DNA of 64,000 nt from Mobula hypostoma (Eukaryota), in assembly GCF_963921235.1 (NCBI RefSeq), contig NC_086108.1, positions 90,150,001 to 90,214,000 on the forward strand, written 5' to 3'. Below are positions 26,972-38,899 of the stretch, in pieces. The notes under the pieces were generated by a model. The model was given only the letters and a program-made list of their open reading frames with translations, ran no database searches and was not told where the DNA came from. The first letter of the stretch is position 1, and each line of letters starts with the position of its first letter. A program made the position numbers and the translations under genes.

Positions 26972-27863
26972 GAGTGAACAGTCAACATTTCAGGCCAAGA
27001 CCCTTCTTCAAGTTCTGAAGAAGGATCTCGGCCCAAAACATTGACTGCTTACTCTTTTCTATAGATGCTGCCTGACCTACTGACACATCTTTTGTGTGTT
27101 TTGGCTTAGTCATTACAAATTGCTATGACTGGATTCTCTATGGTTATCTCAGTTACGGATCTCAATACCACTTTACTCCAAACAAGAACAAACCAGCTGC
27201 GTTTTTGAACTCATTTGACATAAGGCACCATTTGAAAAAGTACACCACTGTATATCTTTGGTAAGTTAGTGGTGTAAAGAGGAAAAAAATCTCCAATAGC
27301 TGGAGCCATAACCAGCATTAAGGAAGAAAATTGTACCTTGGAGATCAATCATTTCACCCCAGAAATACTTTGAAAGAGTTCCTCAGGAAAGTGTGGTTGG
27401 CCAGCAATTTCTAGCTGCTTCAACGAAGGCACAATCTTTGCTGTAAAGTTATAAATGAAGCTGTTGACTAAAGAATTCTGTGGGAATACCATTACATGGC
27501 CATGGTTGTTCAGAAAAGATAATCATCATCCCTGTATAGATCAAAATAGGCAGTAAAACCTTCCCAGTGACACCCTATCCTAAGAATGAAAAATAAACTT
27601 TTATTTCTTCTTGATGTTGTGTTCTTAGTTGTTGGAAATAAGATGCTTCATTTGTTCTTCAAGCTCTTTGATATGTTTTTCATCCACACTGGCATCATAA
27701 ATTACCAGAATAGGTAAGGCGCAGACTGGAAACCAAATTATGAGCGTTTTCATCCGCCGACATCCATTCTCTGTGTGAATTTAGGATGCTAACTTGTGCT
27801 GAATATGTGCTTTCTGCTACAAGCTCACTTCATGTGAGACAATGGAAAGATACTTTCATTCTG

Positions 27864-28075
27864 GGGGTGGCACAAGAGCATAGCGGTTAGCACAACACTG
27901 TTACAATGCCAGAGAGCCGGATACAATTCCTATTACTGCCTGTAAAGAGTTTGAACCTTCTCCCCGTGACCATGTGGATTTCCTCTTGGTGTTCGGTTAA
28001 TAAGTTCATCGGCCACCTGGGCTCCTTGGAAGGGCCTGTTACCGTGCTTTATCTCTAAATAACTTACTAAATAAA
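27864..28075 (+). mobile_element. tRNA-derived V-domain SINE (HE1-like), internally deleted
   Basis: tRNA-like head (tagcggttagcac...ccggatacaattcc), V-core tgtaaagagtttgaaccttctccccgtgaccatgtggatttcct, tail ggaagggcctgttaccgtgctttatctctaaat. Confidence 0.7.
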
Positions 28076-28287
28076 AATGTGTTGGCTTATCTGGGGCACA
28101 AACTAAGTGAGCAAAACAACTTTCCAACTTAGTATGAGGCAGCTCTTCACGGCAGTATCCTAAGCCTAACTGTAGAAACTCCTGACTAATATCCCCATCC
28201 CCCCCAACACCCTTCCATCACCTGCTTTATAACTCAGAACTCAGTTTGTTACTCTCAACTGATCTGTATTCAGCTTCGTTTGCATTA

Positions 28288-28680
28288 TAGAACATAAAAT
28301 AATGCAGCACGGTACAGGCCCTTTGGCCCATGATGTTGTGCCAAACTTTTAACCAACTCTGGGATCACTCTAACCTTTCCCTCCTACATAGTTTTTCTAC
28401 TCATCCATGCGCCTATCCAAGAGGCTCCTGAAAGCTGCTGATATATCTGCCTTTACCTCTCCCCTTGGCAGCATGTTCCATGCAATCACCAGTCTCAGTG
28501 TAAAAAAAATACCACAGCCATCCCCCCATTCTTCCTTCCAATCAAATCCCCTCATATTAGCTATTTTCGTCCTGCCGAAAAGTCTCTGACTGTCCACTCA
28601 GCCATGCCTTGCATCATTTTGTAAACCTCTATCAAGTCATCTCTTATCCTTATTCACTCCAAAGAGAAAAATCTGAGCTA
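28288..28680 (-). mobile_element. Old CR1 3' fragment
   Basis: tagaacataaaa...acaggccctttggccca tail; ORF remnant MDSQRLF...FFTLRLVIAWNMLP. Confidence 0.75.
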
Positions 28681-28749
28681 TTATCTCAGATCTATTATTA
28701 ACCATTGTCTTCGTTCTTCATTCTTCATCTGTTAGTACATAGTTAGAAC

Positions 28750-31700
28750 AATGACAATGGCTCCAGGGGCTGTATTGTGTTCCTTGTGTGAGATGTGAGA
28801 ACCCTGGGAGACCTCCAGCCTCCCAGATAACCACATCTGCACCAGATGCACTGAGCTGCAGCTCCTCAGAGAACATGTGCAGGAACAGGAGCTGCAGCTC
28901 GATGACCTTTGCTTATACAGGAAACCGAGGAAGGGATGAAAGGAACTACAGGAAAGGTAGTCACCCCTAAGTTGCAGGATGCAGGTACCTGGGTGACTGT
29001 CAGGGGAGGGAAAGGGAATAGGCAGTCAATGCAGAGTACCCCTGTGGCTGTTCCACTCAAGAATAAGTATACCGCTTTAGATACTGGGACGACCTTCCGG
29101 GGAAGCCACAGTGACTGGGTCTCTGATATTAAGTCTGACTCTGTGGATCAGAAGGGAAGGGGGCAGAAGAGGAGAGCAGTAGTGATAGGAAATTCCATAG
29201 AGTAGACAGGAGATTCTGTGGACAAAAAAAAGAGACACCCAGATGGTATGTTGCCTCCCAGGTGCCAGGGTCAGGGATGTCTCAGATCAGGTCCCTGGTA
29301 TTCTAAAGGGGAAGGGTGAGCAGCAAGAAGTCTTGGTACTTATTGCCACCAGTGACATGGGTAGGAAAAGAGAGGAGGTCCTGAAGAGAAAATTTAGCGA
29401 GCTGGGTAGAAGACTGAAAAGCAGAACCTCCAGCGTAGTAAACTCTGCATTGCTACCTGTGCCAGACAGCAGTAAGGGTAAGAATAGAATGATTTGGCAG
29501 AGGAAGCATGGCTGGGGAATTAGTGCAAGAGACAGCATCTCAGATTTCTGGATCATTAGGATCTATTCTGGGAAAGGCATGACCTGTACAAACAGAGTGG
29601 GTTACGCCTGAACCTGAGGGGGACAAATATCCTTGTAGGCAGGTTTGTTAGAACTGTTGGGGAGGGTTTAAACTAATTGAGCAGTGGGATGGGAAACTGA
29701 GTGGTAGGGCTGAGGATGGGGCAGTTGGTATTAAGCAGAGGCAGCGTGTCGTGAGGCTGTCAGGAAGGACTGGCAGATGGTAGGGCAAAATTGCAGTCAG
29801 TAGAATGAGTTGCAATATAACAGGGACCAAATCAAAAAGGGTGATGAGTACAGGACCAGAAGTGTTATATTTGAATGCATGCAGTACACAGAATAATGTA
29901 GATGATCTTGTAGCACAGTAAGAGATTGGCAGGAATGACGTGGGGATTATTGAGTCATGGCTGAAAGAAGATCATAGTTGGGAGCTTAACATTCAGGGAC
30001 ACATATTGTGTCAAAAGCACAAGCAGGTAGTTGGAGGGGATGGGTTGGCTCTAGTAAAAAATGAAATCACATCCTTACAAAGAGGTGACATAGGATCAGA
30101 AGAAGTAGAACTGTTGGGGATAGAGCTAAGGAACTGCAAGGGTGAAAAGATCCTGATGAGGGTTATATACAGGCCTCCAAACAGTAGCCATGATGTGGGA
30201 TACAAATTACAATGGAAGATAGAAAATGCATATCAAAATGGCAATGTTACGAGAGTCATGGGGAATTACAATATGCACGAAGATTGGGAAAATCAGGTTT
30301 GTGCTGCTTTTTTTCCCCAAGAGAGAACATTTGTAGAATGCCTATGAGATGGCTTTTTAGAGCAGCTTCTGGTTCAGTTCACTAGAGCATCTACCATCTG
30401 CTTAAGTAAGTAGCCCAAGAAATAGTGGATGCAATAGTGATAATTTTTCAAAACTCTTTAGATTCTGGACTAGTTCCCGAGGATTGGAGGGTGGCTAATG
30501 TAACCCCGCTTTTTAAAAAAGGAGGGAGAGAGAAACCGGGGAATTATAGACCGGTTAGCCTGACATCGGTGGTGGGGAAAATGCTAGAGTCAGTGATCAA
30601 AGATGTGATAACGGCACATTTGGAAAGCGGTGAAATCATCGGACAAAGTCAGCATGGATTTGTGAAAGGAAAATCATGTCTGACGAATCTCATAGAATTT
30701 TTTGAGGATGTAACTAGTAGAGTGGATAGGGGAGAACCAGTGGATGTGCTATATTTGGATTTTCAAAAGGCTTTTGATAAGGTCCCACAGAGGAGATTAG
30801 TGTGCAAACTTAAAGCACACGGAATTGGGGGTATGGTATTGATGTGGATAGAGAATTGGTTGGCAGACAGGAAGCAAAGAGTGGGAATAAACGGGACCTT
30901 TTCAGAATGGCAGGCAGTGACCAGTGGGGTACCGCAAGGCTCAGTGTTGGGACTCCAGTTGTTTACAATATATATTAATGACTTAGACGAGAGAATTAAA
31001 TGCAGCATCTCCAAGTTTGCGGATGACACAAAGCTGGGCGGCAGTGTTAGCTGTGAGGAGGATGCTAAGAGGATGCAGGGTGACTTGTATAGGTTAGGTG
31101 AGTGGGTAAATTCATGGCAGATGCAATTTAATGTGGATAAATGTGAGGTTATCCACTTTGGCGGCAAAAACAGGAAAACATATTATTATCTGAATGGTGG
31201 CCGATTAGGAAAAGGGGAGGTGCAATGAGACCTGGGTGTCATTGTACACCAGTCATTGAAAGTGGGCATGCAGGTACAGCAGGCGGTGAAAAAGGCGAAT
31301 GGTATGCTGGCATTCATAGCAAGAGGATTTGAGTACAGGAGCAGGAAGGTACTACTGCAGTTGTACAAGGCCTTGGTGAGTCCACACCTGGAGTATTGTG
31401 TGCAGTTTTGGTCCCCTAATCTGAGGAAAGACATTCTTGCCATAGAGGAAGTACAGAGAGGGTTCACCAGATTGATTCCTGGGATGGCAGGACATTCATA
31501 TGATGAAAGACTGTATCGACTAGGCTTATACTCGTTAGAATTTAGAAGATTGAGGGGGGATCTTATTGAAACGTATAAATTCCTAAAGGGATTGGACAGG
31601 CTAGATGCAGGAAGATTGTTCCCGATGTTGGGGAAGTCCAGAACGGGGGTCACAGTTTAAGGATAAAGGGGAAGCCCTTTAAGACCGGGATGAGGAAAAA

Positions 31701-34232
31701 CTTCTTCACACAGAAAGTGGTGAATCCGTGGAATTCTCTGCCACAGGAAACAGTTGAGGCCAGTTCATTGGCTATATTTAAGAGGGAGTTAGATATGGTC
31801 CTTGTGGCTAAAGGGATCGGGGGTATGGAGAGAAGGCAAGTACAGGGTTCTGAGTTGGATGATCAGCCATGATCATACTGAATGGCGGTGCAGGCTCGAT
31901 GGGCCGAATGGCCTACTCCTGCACCTATTTTCTATGTTTCTATTCTGGATTGGATGTTTTATAATGAATTGGATTTGATTGGGGTGCTGAAGGTAAAACA
32001 ACCCTTAGGAGGCAATGATCATAATATGATAAAATTCACTCTGCAGTTTGAGGAGAAGCTGAAGTCAATTTATCAGTTATTAAAGTAGAGTAAAGGGAAT
32101 TACAGAGGTATGAGAGAGGAGCTGGCAAAGTTAATGGGAAAGGAGCACTACCAGGGATGATGTAAGAGCAGCAATGGCTGGAGTTCCTAGGATCAATTCA
32201 GAAGGTGCAGGATAGATACATCCCAAAGAAGAAGTATTCTAAAGCCAGCATGACACAAGGGATATCAAAGCCAACATAAAAGCAAAAGAGAAGGCATTTT
32301 ATGGAGCAAAAAATATTGGGGAATTAGAGGATTGGGAAGGTTTTAAAAACCAACAGATAACAATTAAAAAAGTCATAAGGAATGAAAAAAATGAAATGAA
32401 GGTAAACTAGTCAATAATATCAAAGAGGATACCAAAAGTGTTTTCAGTTATATAAAAAGTAAAAGTGAGGTGAGAGTAGATATTGCACTGCTGGAAAATG
32501 ACACTGGAGAGGTAGTAATTAGGACCAAGGAAATGGTGAATGAACTAAGTATTTTGCAACAGTTTCTGTTGTGGAAGACACTAGCCGTATGCCAGATGTT
32601 TGAGAGTGTCAGGGGTCAGATCTGAATGTAGTTGCTATTACTAGTAAGAAGGTGATTAGGGAGCTGAAAGGTCTGAAGGAAGATAGTTCACCTGGACCAG
32701 ATGGACTACACACAAGAGTTCTGAAAGAGGTAGCTGAAGAGATTGTGGAGCAATTATTCATGGTCTTTCAAGAGCCACTACATTCTGGCTTAGTTCTGGA
32801 GGACTGGAAAATTGCAAATGTCACTCCACTTTTCCAAGAAGTCAGTGAGGCAGACGAAAAGAAATTATAGGCCTGATCTCAGTGGTTGGGAAGATGTTGG
32901 AGTTGATTGTTAAGGATAAGGTTTCTAGGTACATAAGGGAAAATGATAAAATGGGCAAAAGTCAGCATGGTTTTCTTAGGGAAAAATCTTGCCTGACAAA
33001 TATGTAGGAATTCTTTGAGGAAATAGAAAGCATGATAGATAAAGGAGAATCGGTGAATGTTGAATACTTGGATTTTGAAAAGCCCTTTGACAAGGTGCTA
33101 CGCATGAGGCGGCTTAGTAAGATAAGAGCCCATTGTATAACAGGAAAGATGGATAGAGCATTGGCTGATTGGCAGGAGGCAAAAAGTGGGGACAAAAGGA
33201 GACTTTTCTGATGAGCTGCCAGTGGTTAGTGGTGTTCCACAGGGGTCAGAGTTGGGACACTTTTTTTTTAACATTGTTTGTCAATTATTTAGATGATGGA
33301 ATTGATGCCTTTTTGGTCAAGTTTGCAGATGATACAACGATAGCTGGAGGTAAGGTAGTGTTGAGGAAGCAAAGAGTCTGCAGAAGGACTTGGGCAGATT
33401 GGGAGAATGGGCAAAGAAGTGGCAGATGGAATACAGTGTCAGGAAGTGTATGGTCTTGAACTTTAGTAGAAGAAATAAAAGCATAGGCTATTTTCTAAAC
33501 ACGGAGAAAATTAAAAAATCTGAGGTTCAAAGGGACTTGGATGTCTTCTTGCAGGATTCCCTAAAGGTTATCTTGCAGGTGGAGTCTGTGGTGAGGAAGA
33601 CAAATGCAATGTTAGCATTCATTTCAAGAGGAATGGAATAGAAAAACAAGGATGTAATGTTGGGGCTTTCAAAGGCACTGTGAGACCTCATGTGGAGTAT
33701 TGTGATCAGTTTTGGCCCACAAATCAAAGAAAATATTTGCTAATATTGGGAATGGTTCAAAGGAGGTTCACAAAAAATGATTCCAGGTTTGAAGGACTTA
33801 ATCATACAAGAAGCATTTGAAGGGTCTAGGCCTTTACTCACTGTAATTTAGAAGAATGAGGGTTATTTCACTGAAACCTATCAAACGTTGAAATGCTTTG
33901 ATAGAGCCGATGTGGAGAGGATGTTTCCTATAGTAAGGGAGTCTATGGCCAGAGGGCAGAACCTCAGAATAGAGGGATGTCCATTTAGAACAGAGATGAG
34001 GAGAAATTTCTGAAGCCAGAGGGGTGGTGAATCTGTGGAATTTATTGCCACAGGCAGCTTGGAAGGCCAGGTCATTGAATTTATTTAAGGTGGAGGTTGA
34101 TAGATTCTTGATAAGTCAGGGTTTCAAAAGTTATGGGGAGAAAGGTGGAGAACGGGGTTGAAAGGGAATTGGCTCAGCCAAGATAAAATCACACAGAACT
34201 CAATGGGCCAAATGGCTCCAAGGTCTTATGTC
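28750..34232 (+). mobile_element. Old near-full-length CR1 LINE, with a younger CR1 nested at 30394-31942
   Basis: ORF1 remnants (CSLC, W.TVR.GKG, VIGNSI, CLPGARV, ending GEGLN*); ORF2 remnants (IIESW, IYRPP, NDH, SPGPDG, KFADD); degenerate 3' tail. Confidence 0.85.
30394..31942 (+). mobile_element. Young CR1, 5'-truncated, same subfamily as 44254-48555
   Basis: ORF 30425-31228 closely matches the RT part of ORF 45428-48460; CGA>TGA stop at 31226-31228; host reads gcatcta|ttctggattgg across it. Confidence 0.92.
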
Positions 34233-34299
34233 ATAATTTGTAGTCTGCAACATCTAGATATTTATTTATAAGTATGCTAGATATTCAATATCACAAAGC

Positions 34300-35845
34300 T
34301 GAGAAGACCTGCAGGTGCTAGAAATCCAAAGCACACACACAAAATGCTGGAGAAAGTCAGCAGGGCAGGCAGCATCTATGGAAAAGAGTAAGCAGTTGAT
34401 TTTTCTTGCTGAGACCCTTCATCCAGACTGTAAAGAGGAGGGAAACAGGAAAAGGGAATAGTGAAGGGGTGGAGCGCAATTGTCAAAAGTTCGAGAAATC
34501 GACTGATCATGCCACCAGACAAAATATTAGGTGGCACTCCTCCAGCCTGTGTGTCATCTCAGTGTGGCAGTGGAGGGAGCCCATGGACTGACATGTTAGA
34601 GTGGGAATGGGAAGTAGAATTGAAATGGGTGTCTATGGAGAGATCCCACTTTTTCTGGTTGATAGAGCATAGGTACTCAGCGAAGTGGCCTCCCAAACTA
34701 TGTTGGGTTTCACCAATATACAGGTCACATCAGGAGCACTGGATGCAGTGGATGACCCTTACAGGCTTCTCTTCCTCCACCATCAACGCTGCCCTCACCC
34801 GCATCTCTTCCATTTTATGCTTGTCTGCCCTCACCCCATCCTCCCACTACCAAACCAGTGATAGGGTTCCTCTTGTCCTCAGCTACTGCCCCACTAGCCT
34901 CCATGTCCAGCACACAATTCTGTATAAGTTTCATCATCTCCAATGGGATCCCACCACCAGGCACACCTTTCCCTCGCCCCCACTTTCCACAGGGATTATG
35001 CCCTTGTCTTCACTTGTCTCTCCATACTAATCTCCCTCCTGGTACATATCCTTGCCGGCAGAACAAGTGCCACATCTGCCCCTACACCTCCTCCTTTATG
35101 ACCATTCGGGCCCTGAACAGTCCTTCCAGGTAAGGCGACACTTCACCTGTGAGCCTGTTGGGGTCATCTACCATATCTGGCGCTCCTAGTGTGGACTTCT
35201 GTATATTGGTGAGATCTGATGTAGATTGAGAGGCCACTTTGCCAAGTGCCTACGCTCCATCTACCACAAAAAGCGGGATCTCCCTGTAGCCACCCATTTG
35301 AATTTTACTTCCCGTTCTCATTCCGACATGTCAATCCATAGCTTCCTGTACTGCCACAGTGAGGCTGCGCTGAGGCTGGAGGGAGCAACACCTTAATTTC
35401 CATCTGAGTAGCTTTCAACCTGACAGCATGAACATTGATTTCTCAAACTTCTGGTAATTCCCCCCCCCCCCCACTTTCACTATTCCCTATTCCTTTCTCA
35501 GCTTATCTCCTTACCTTCCTATCACTTTCCTCTGGTGCTCCGCCTCCTTCCATTGTCTTTGATCCTCTCCTATCAGATTCCCCCTTCTCTAGTCCTGTAC
35601 CTCTTTCACCAATCAAAGATCCCAGCTCTTTACTTCACCCTCTCCCCCTTTCCTGGTCTCATCTATCACCTACCACCTTGTACCTCTTCCTCCCCTCCCC
35701 CCACACCCCCACCTTCTTTGTCTGACTTCTTCTCTTTCTGTTCAGTCCTGATGAACGGTCTCAGCCGGAAACGTCGACTCTTTACTCTTTTCCCGAGATG
35801 CTGCCTGGCCTGCTGAGTTCCTCCAGCATTTTGTGTGCGTTGCTT
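34300..35845. mobile_element. Penelope-like element, 3' portion, with inverted 5' segment
   Basis: 34300-34760 is inverted repeat/endonuclease sequence; 34760-35845 on + encodes PGTYPC..NKCHICP and GVIYHI..CGLLYIGE (GIY-YIG), then a pyrimidine tract and terminal repeat. Confidence 0.85.
35744..35779 (+). ncRNA. Minimal hammerhead ribozyme motif (Penelope type)
   Basis: agtc-CTGATGA-acggtctcagccg-GAAACGTC-gact with intact core; predicted cleavage after C35775. Confidence 0.7.
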
Positions 35846-36147
35846 TAGATACTGAATGTCTATTTTACAATACAATCTCTCATCACCAACATATTTGGAG
35901 AGCCATTGTCTAGAAATGCAACTGTAACGGTTATACACATGCTATAGCTACTAGAGCAGAAAGTCTGTAGTGAATAGTTCACCTTCTGATTCAAAGCCAC
36001 TTGATTGCAAATGAAGTGAAGTCCTCATTAGGAAACTCTTCACTTACTGGAGTGGTGTAGCTGCAACAAATCTTGGAAGCTCAAAAGCTCTTATTGTCAT
36101 CTTTTAAGTGACATGGTATGATTTTCTATTTTAAAGCAAATGCATAA

Positions 36148-36390
36148 ATAGAACATAGAACATCACAGCACAGGAAAAGCCCTTTGGCCTATGATGTTGA
36201 ACTGACCTTTTTACCTAGTCTAACAACAATATAACCCTTCACTCCCGCATAGCCCTCAAATTTCTAGCATTCATTTGCCTATCTAAGAAGATGTCTCTAA
36301 TATATCTGACTCTATCATCATTCTTTGTGTGTATAAAAATGTTGTGTCTGACATCCTCTATATACTTTCCTCCAATCATGTTAAAATTAT
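36148..36390 (-). mobile_element. Old CR1 3' fragment
   Basis: atagaacatagaacatcacagcacagg...gccctttggcct tail. Confidence 0.6.
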
Positions 36391-37084
36391 CCCCTACCTT
36401 TATAAAAATAGATCGTTGTTATTAGTGTTTATAAGATATCACTAAAGTTCCTTCAGTAACCAATGGGAACGTACTATAATAAAAATTATGTGTGTTCAAA
36501 ATAGTTCACTTATTTTTCATTAGTTGACTTTATTATATGAAAAGTTTCATTCTGAGTCACAAATTTCAGTTTGATTTGCTTTTTAGCACTTTCTATTAAT
36601 AGTAAACCATTTACAGTGCACAGACATTTAGACCAACAGCTTTGAATTCGTTATGCAATGATATTCACTGAGATCCCAGGTGGTACAGGCATTTATCTTA
36701 CATTAATTTCTACAACATACCGACAGCAAACAGTTTCTTCAGCTGTAGTCCTCAGAAAATTTCCATATTTATATATTTAAATGACAAAATACATAAGCAC
36801 TGTGATACAATTAATGTTAGTTCATTGAATAATAATTTATGGCAGACTGCCAGAAAATTATGTAATCATACATTAATTCAAATTAACATGCAATTAGCTG
36901 CATTATATTATGTTAAAAAATCAATATCTGTCTCATGATTATGTGTAACAAGTGTTAAAATCTTGCAGCATAGTTAGTGCATAAGACGCTGCTTTTCAGT
37001 TGATTTTCATCTCAGTTAACTATTGCTTCCTCTTTCTGTTTACTACTTCCTTGGTTTCCAAATCTTCACAAATTCTCCACTGCA

Positions 37085-37370
37085 GTTGGGTGAGAGTAGA
37101 AGTAGAGGTCATGGGTTAAAGGTGAAAGGTGAAATATTTAAGGGGAACATGAGGGGGCACTTCTTCATTTAGTGAGTGGAGAACAATCTGCCACCATAAG
37201 TGGTGGATGCGTGTTTGATTTCAACATTTAAGAGAAGTTTGAGTAAGTACATGGATGGGAGGTTTCTGGAGGGTTATGGTCTAGGTGCAGATCAATGGGA
37301 CCAGGCAGAATAATTGTTCAGTAACTGAATGGGCTGAAGGACTTGTTTGTGTAGTGTTCCATGAATCTAA
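37085..37370 (+). mobile_element. Old CR1 3' fragment
   Basis: agaggtcatgggttaaaggtgaaagg...gggctgaaggac. Confidence 0.65.
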
Positions 37371-38899
37371 GTAGATACTGAAATTGTTAAAACAACCAGC
37401 AAACCCTTGCATTGTGGAATATGACAGAATGTTATACCAACCCTACATTATTAACATCTAGAGGAATGGTTGTGCTAAACAAAAAATATTTGGGAAATTA
37501 GCCAAAGCATTAGCAAATATAATCAAACACTGCATGCAACACCTCCAGTTTGGAACAGAATTGATTCTAATAGCATTGCTGTGATTACATTATATTTGTT
37601 AAAGGCTTTTATGGGATTTTCCTGGGACAAATCCCAGTGATAAGAAATCCAACTTCAATTCTCCTCCTTTTGTCACAAAATTCATTTGGTGATCTGCCGG
37701 CTGAGTAAAGCATCTGCTGCCTGGCTCATACAGTTTGATGTGGTAGACCAGCCAGGATTGATATTGACACAGAACAGAACAATAGAAGGGTGCGAATAGC
37801 TGTTACTTCTTCCACCACTAAGAAGGGCATGCTCTTTCTGAAGTTTGTGTGCAAATCATACCTGTAATCTTAACAATGGTCAAATTTAATGACCTGCCAT
37901 AGGAGGTGATGGAGCCAGAAACAGTAACGACACCTAAAAGGTTTCAGGTCAGGTACTTGACAGGGCATAACAGGATGTAGAATTAATGCAATCAATCAGG
38001 ATTATTGTTGACATGATGATTGGCATATGGACATGGTGGGCTGAGAGGTCTGTTTCTATGTCAAACAACTCTATAACTCGATATTGTTAGGTGAATTGTT
38101 AGATTATAACACTTAATTGGAATTGAATGACCCAAGAATGAATATATCACCGCCCTGATTTCTTTCTCATTTCCACCTCAAATGTATTCAGAAATAAAGT
38201 TTTTTTTTCTTAACTGCAATGATACATAGTCATTTAAGTATTGCAATAGTTAAAAAAAAATCAAGGTAATTGTTGCCATAAGAAGTGATCTCCTGGATGT
38301 TGTGAAGTTCAGTACAAAAATAACACTAATTGGAGTGTTTTGCCACATTATAGAGGCTCTCCGTTGCAGATCGTTCCTCTCCACGGGGAGCCACTCAGAT
38401 GACGTCTGCTACAAGTCTAAATGGAAGCAACACTGTTGGAATCACACAGGCCAGCATCCTTTCACTTCCCTGATATCAATCAGGAGGTAACAAAATGAGT
38501 TCATTTCAGCCAAGTACACAGATGTAGGAGCTGACAGAAAATTGCACCCTGAATAAGAATGATTTCCTATGCAGCTACTCACTCATACGACACTACTAAT
38601 GTTTTCTGTGAAAAAGGCTGATTAGTGTTACATAATCTTAAGGAGGAAAGCTAATAGCAGGAACAATTACCTTTACATTAACTCTGTGCATCTCAGCAGG
38701 TGGAATCTGGTCAGGAGGAAAGCAGAGATTACGTCCGTACATGCACTCCAGCAAGCAACTCAATATGCTCTTCAACAGGCAGTCCTTTTTTAAGTTTAGA
38801 AATAAGAAAAAAAATAAAAGAGGTGTGGTGACAATTGAGGGCTGCCTACCACAATACTCCCCGATCTGATTTCACACAAATGATGCATTTCACTGTATG

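Larger units (their letters stand above)
22812..27104. mobile_element. Fold-back Penelope-derived element split by the Gypsy insertion (22812-22873 and 26972-27104)
   Basis: 13-bp TSD cttagtcattaca at 22799-22811 and 27105-27117; caggtcaggcagcatctat versus atagatgctgcctgacct arms. Confidence 0.8.

Noticed and set aside
27620..27790. Possible host exon (plus-strand AG...GTAAG, or minus-strand ...DASVDEKHIKELEEQMK)
   Set aside because: Short, no recognisable homology, and no partner exons found.
27864..27935. tRNA gene
   Set aside because: Degenerate tRNA-like head fused to a V-domain, so a SINE rather than a tRNA.
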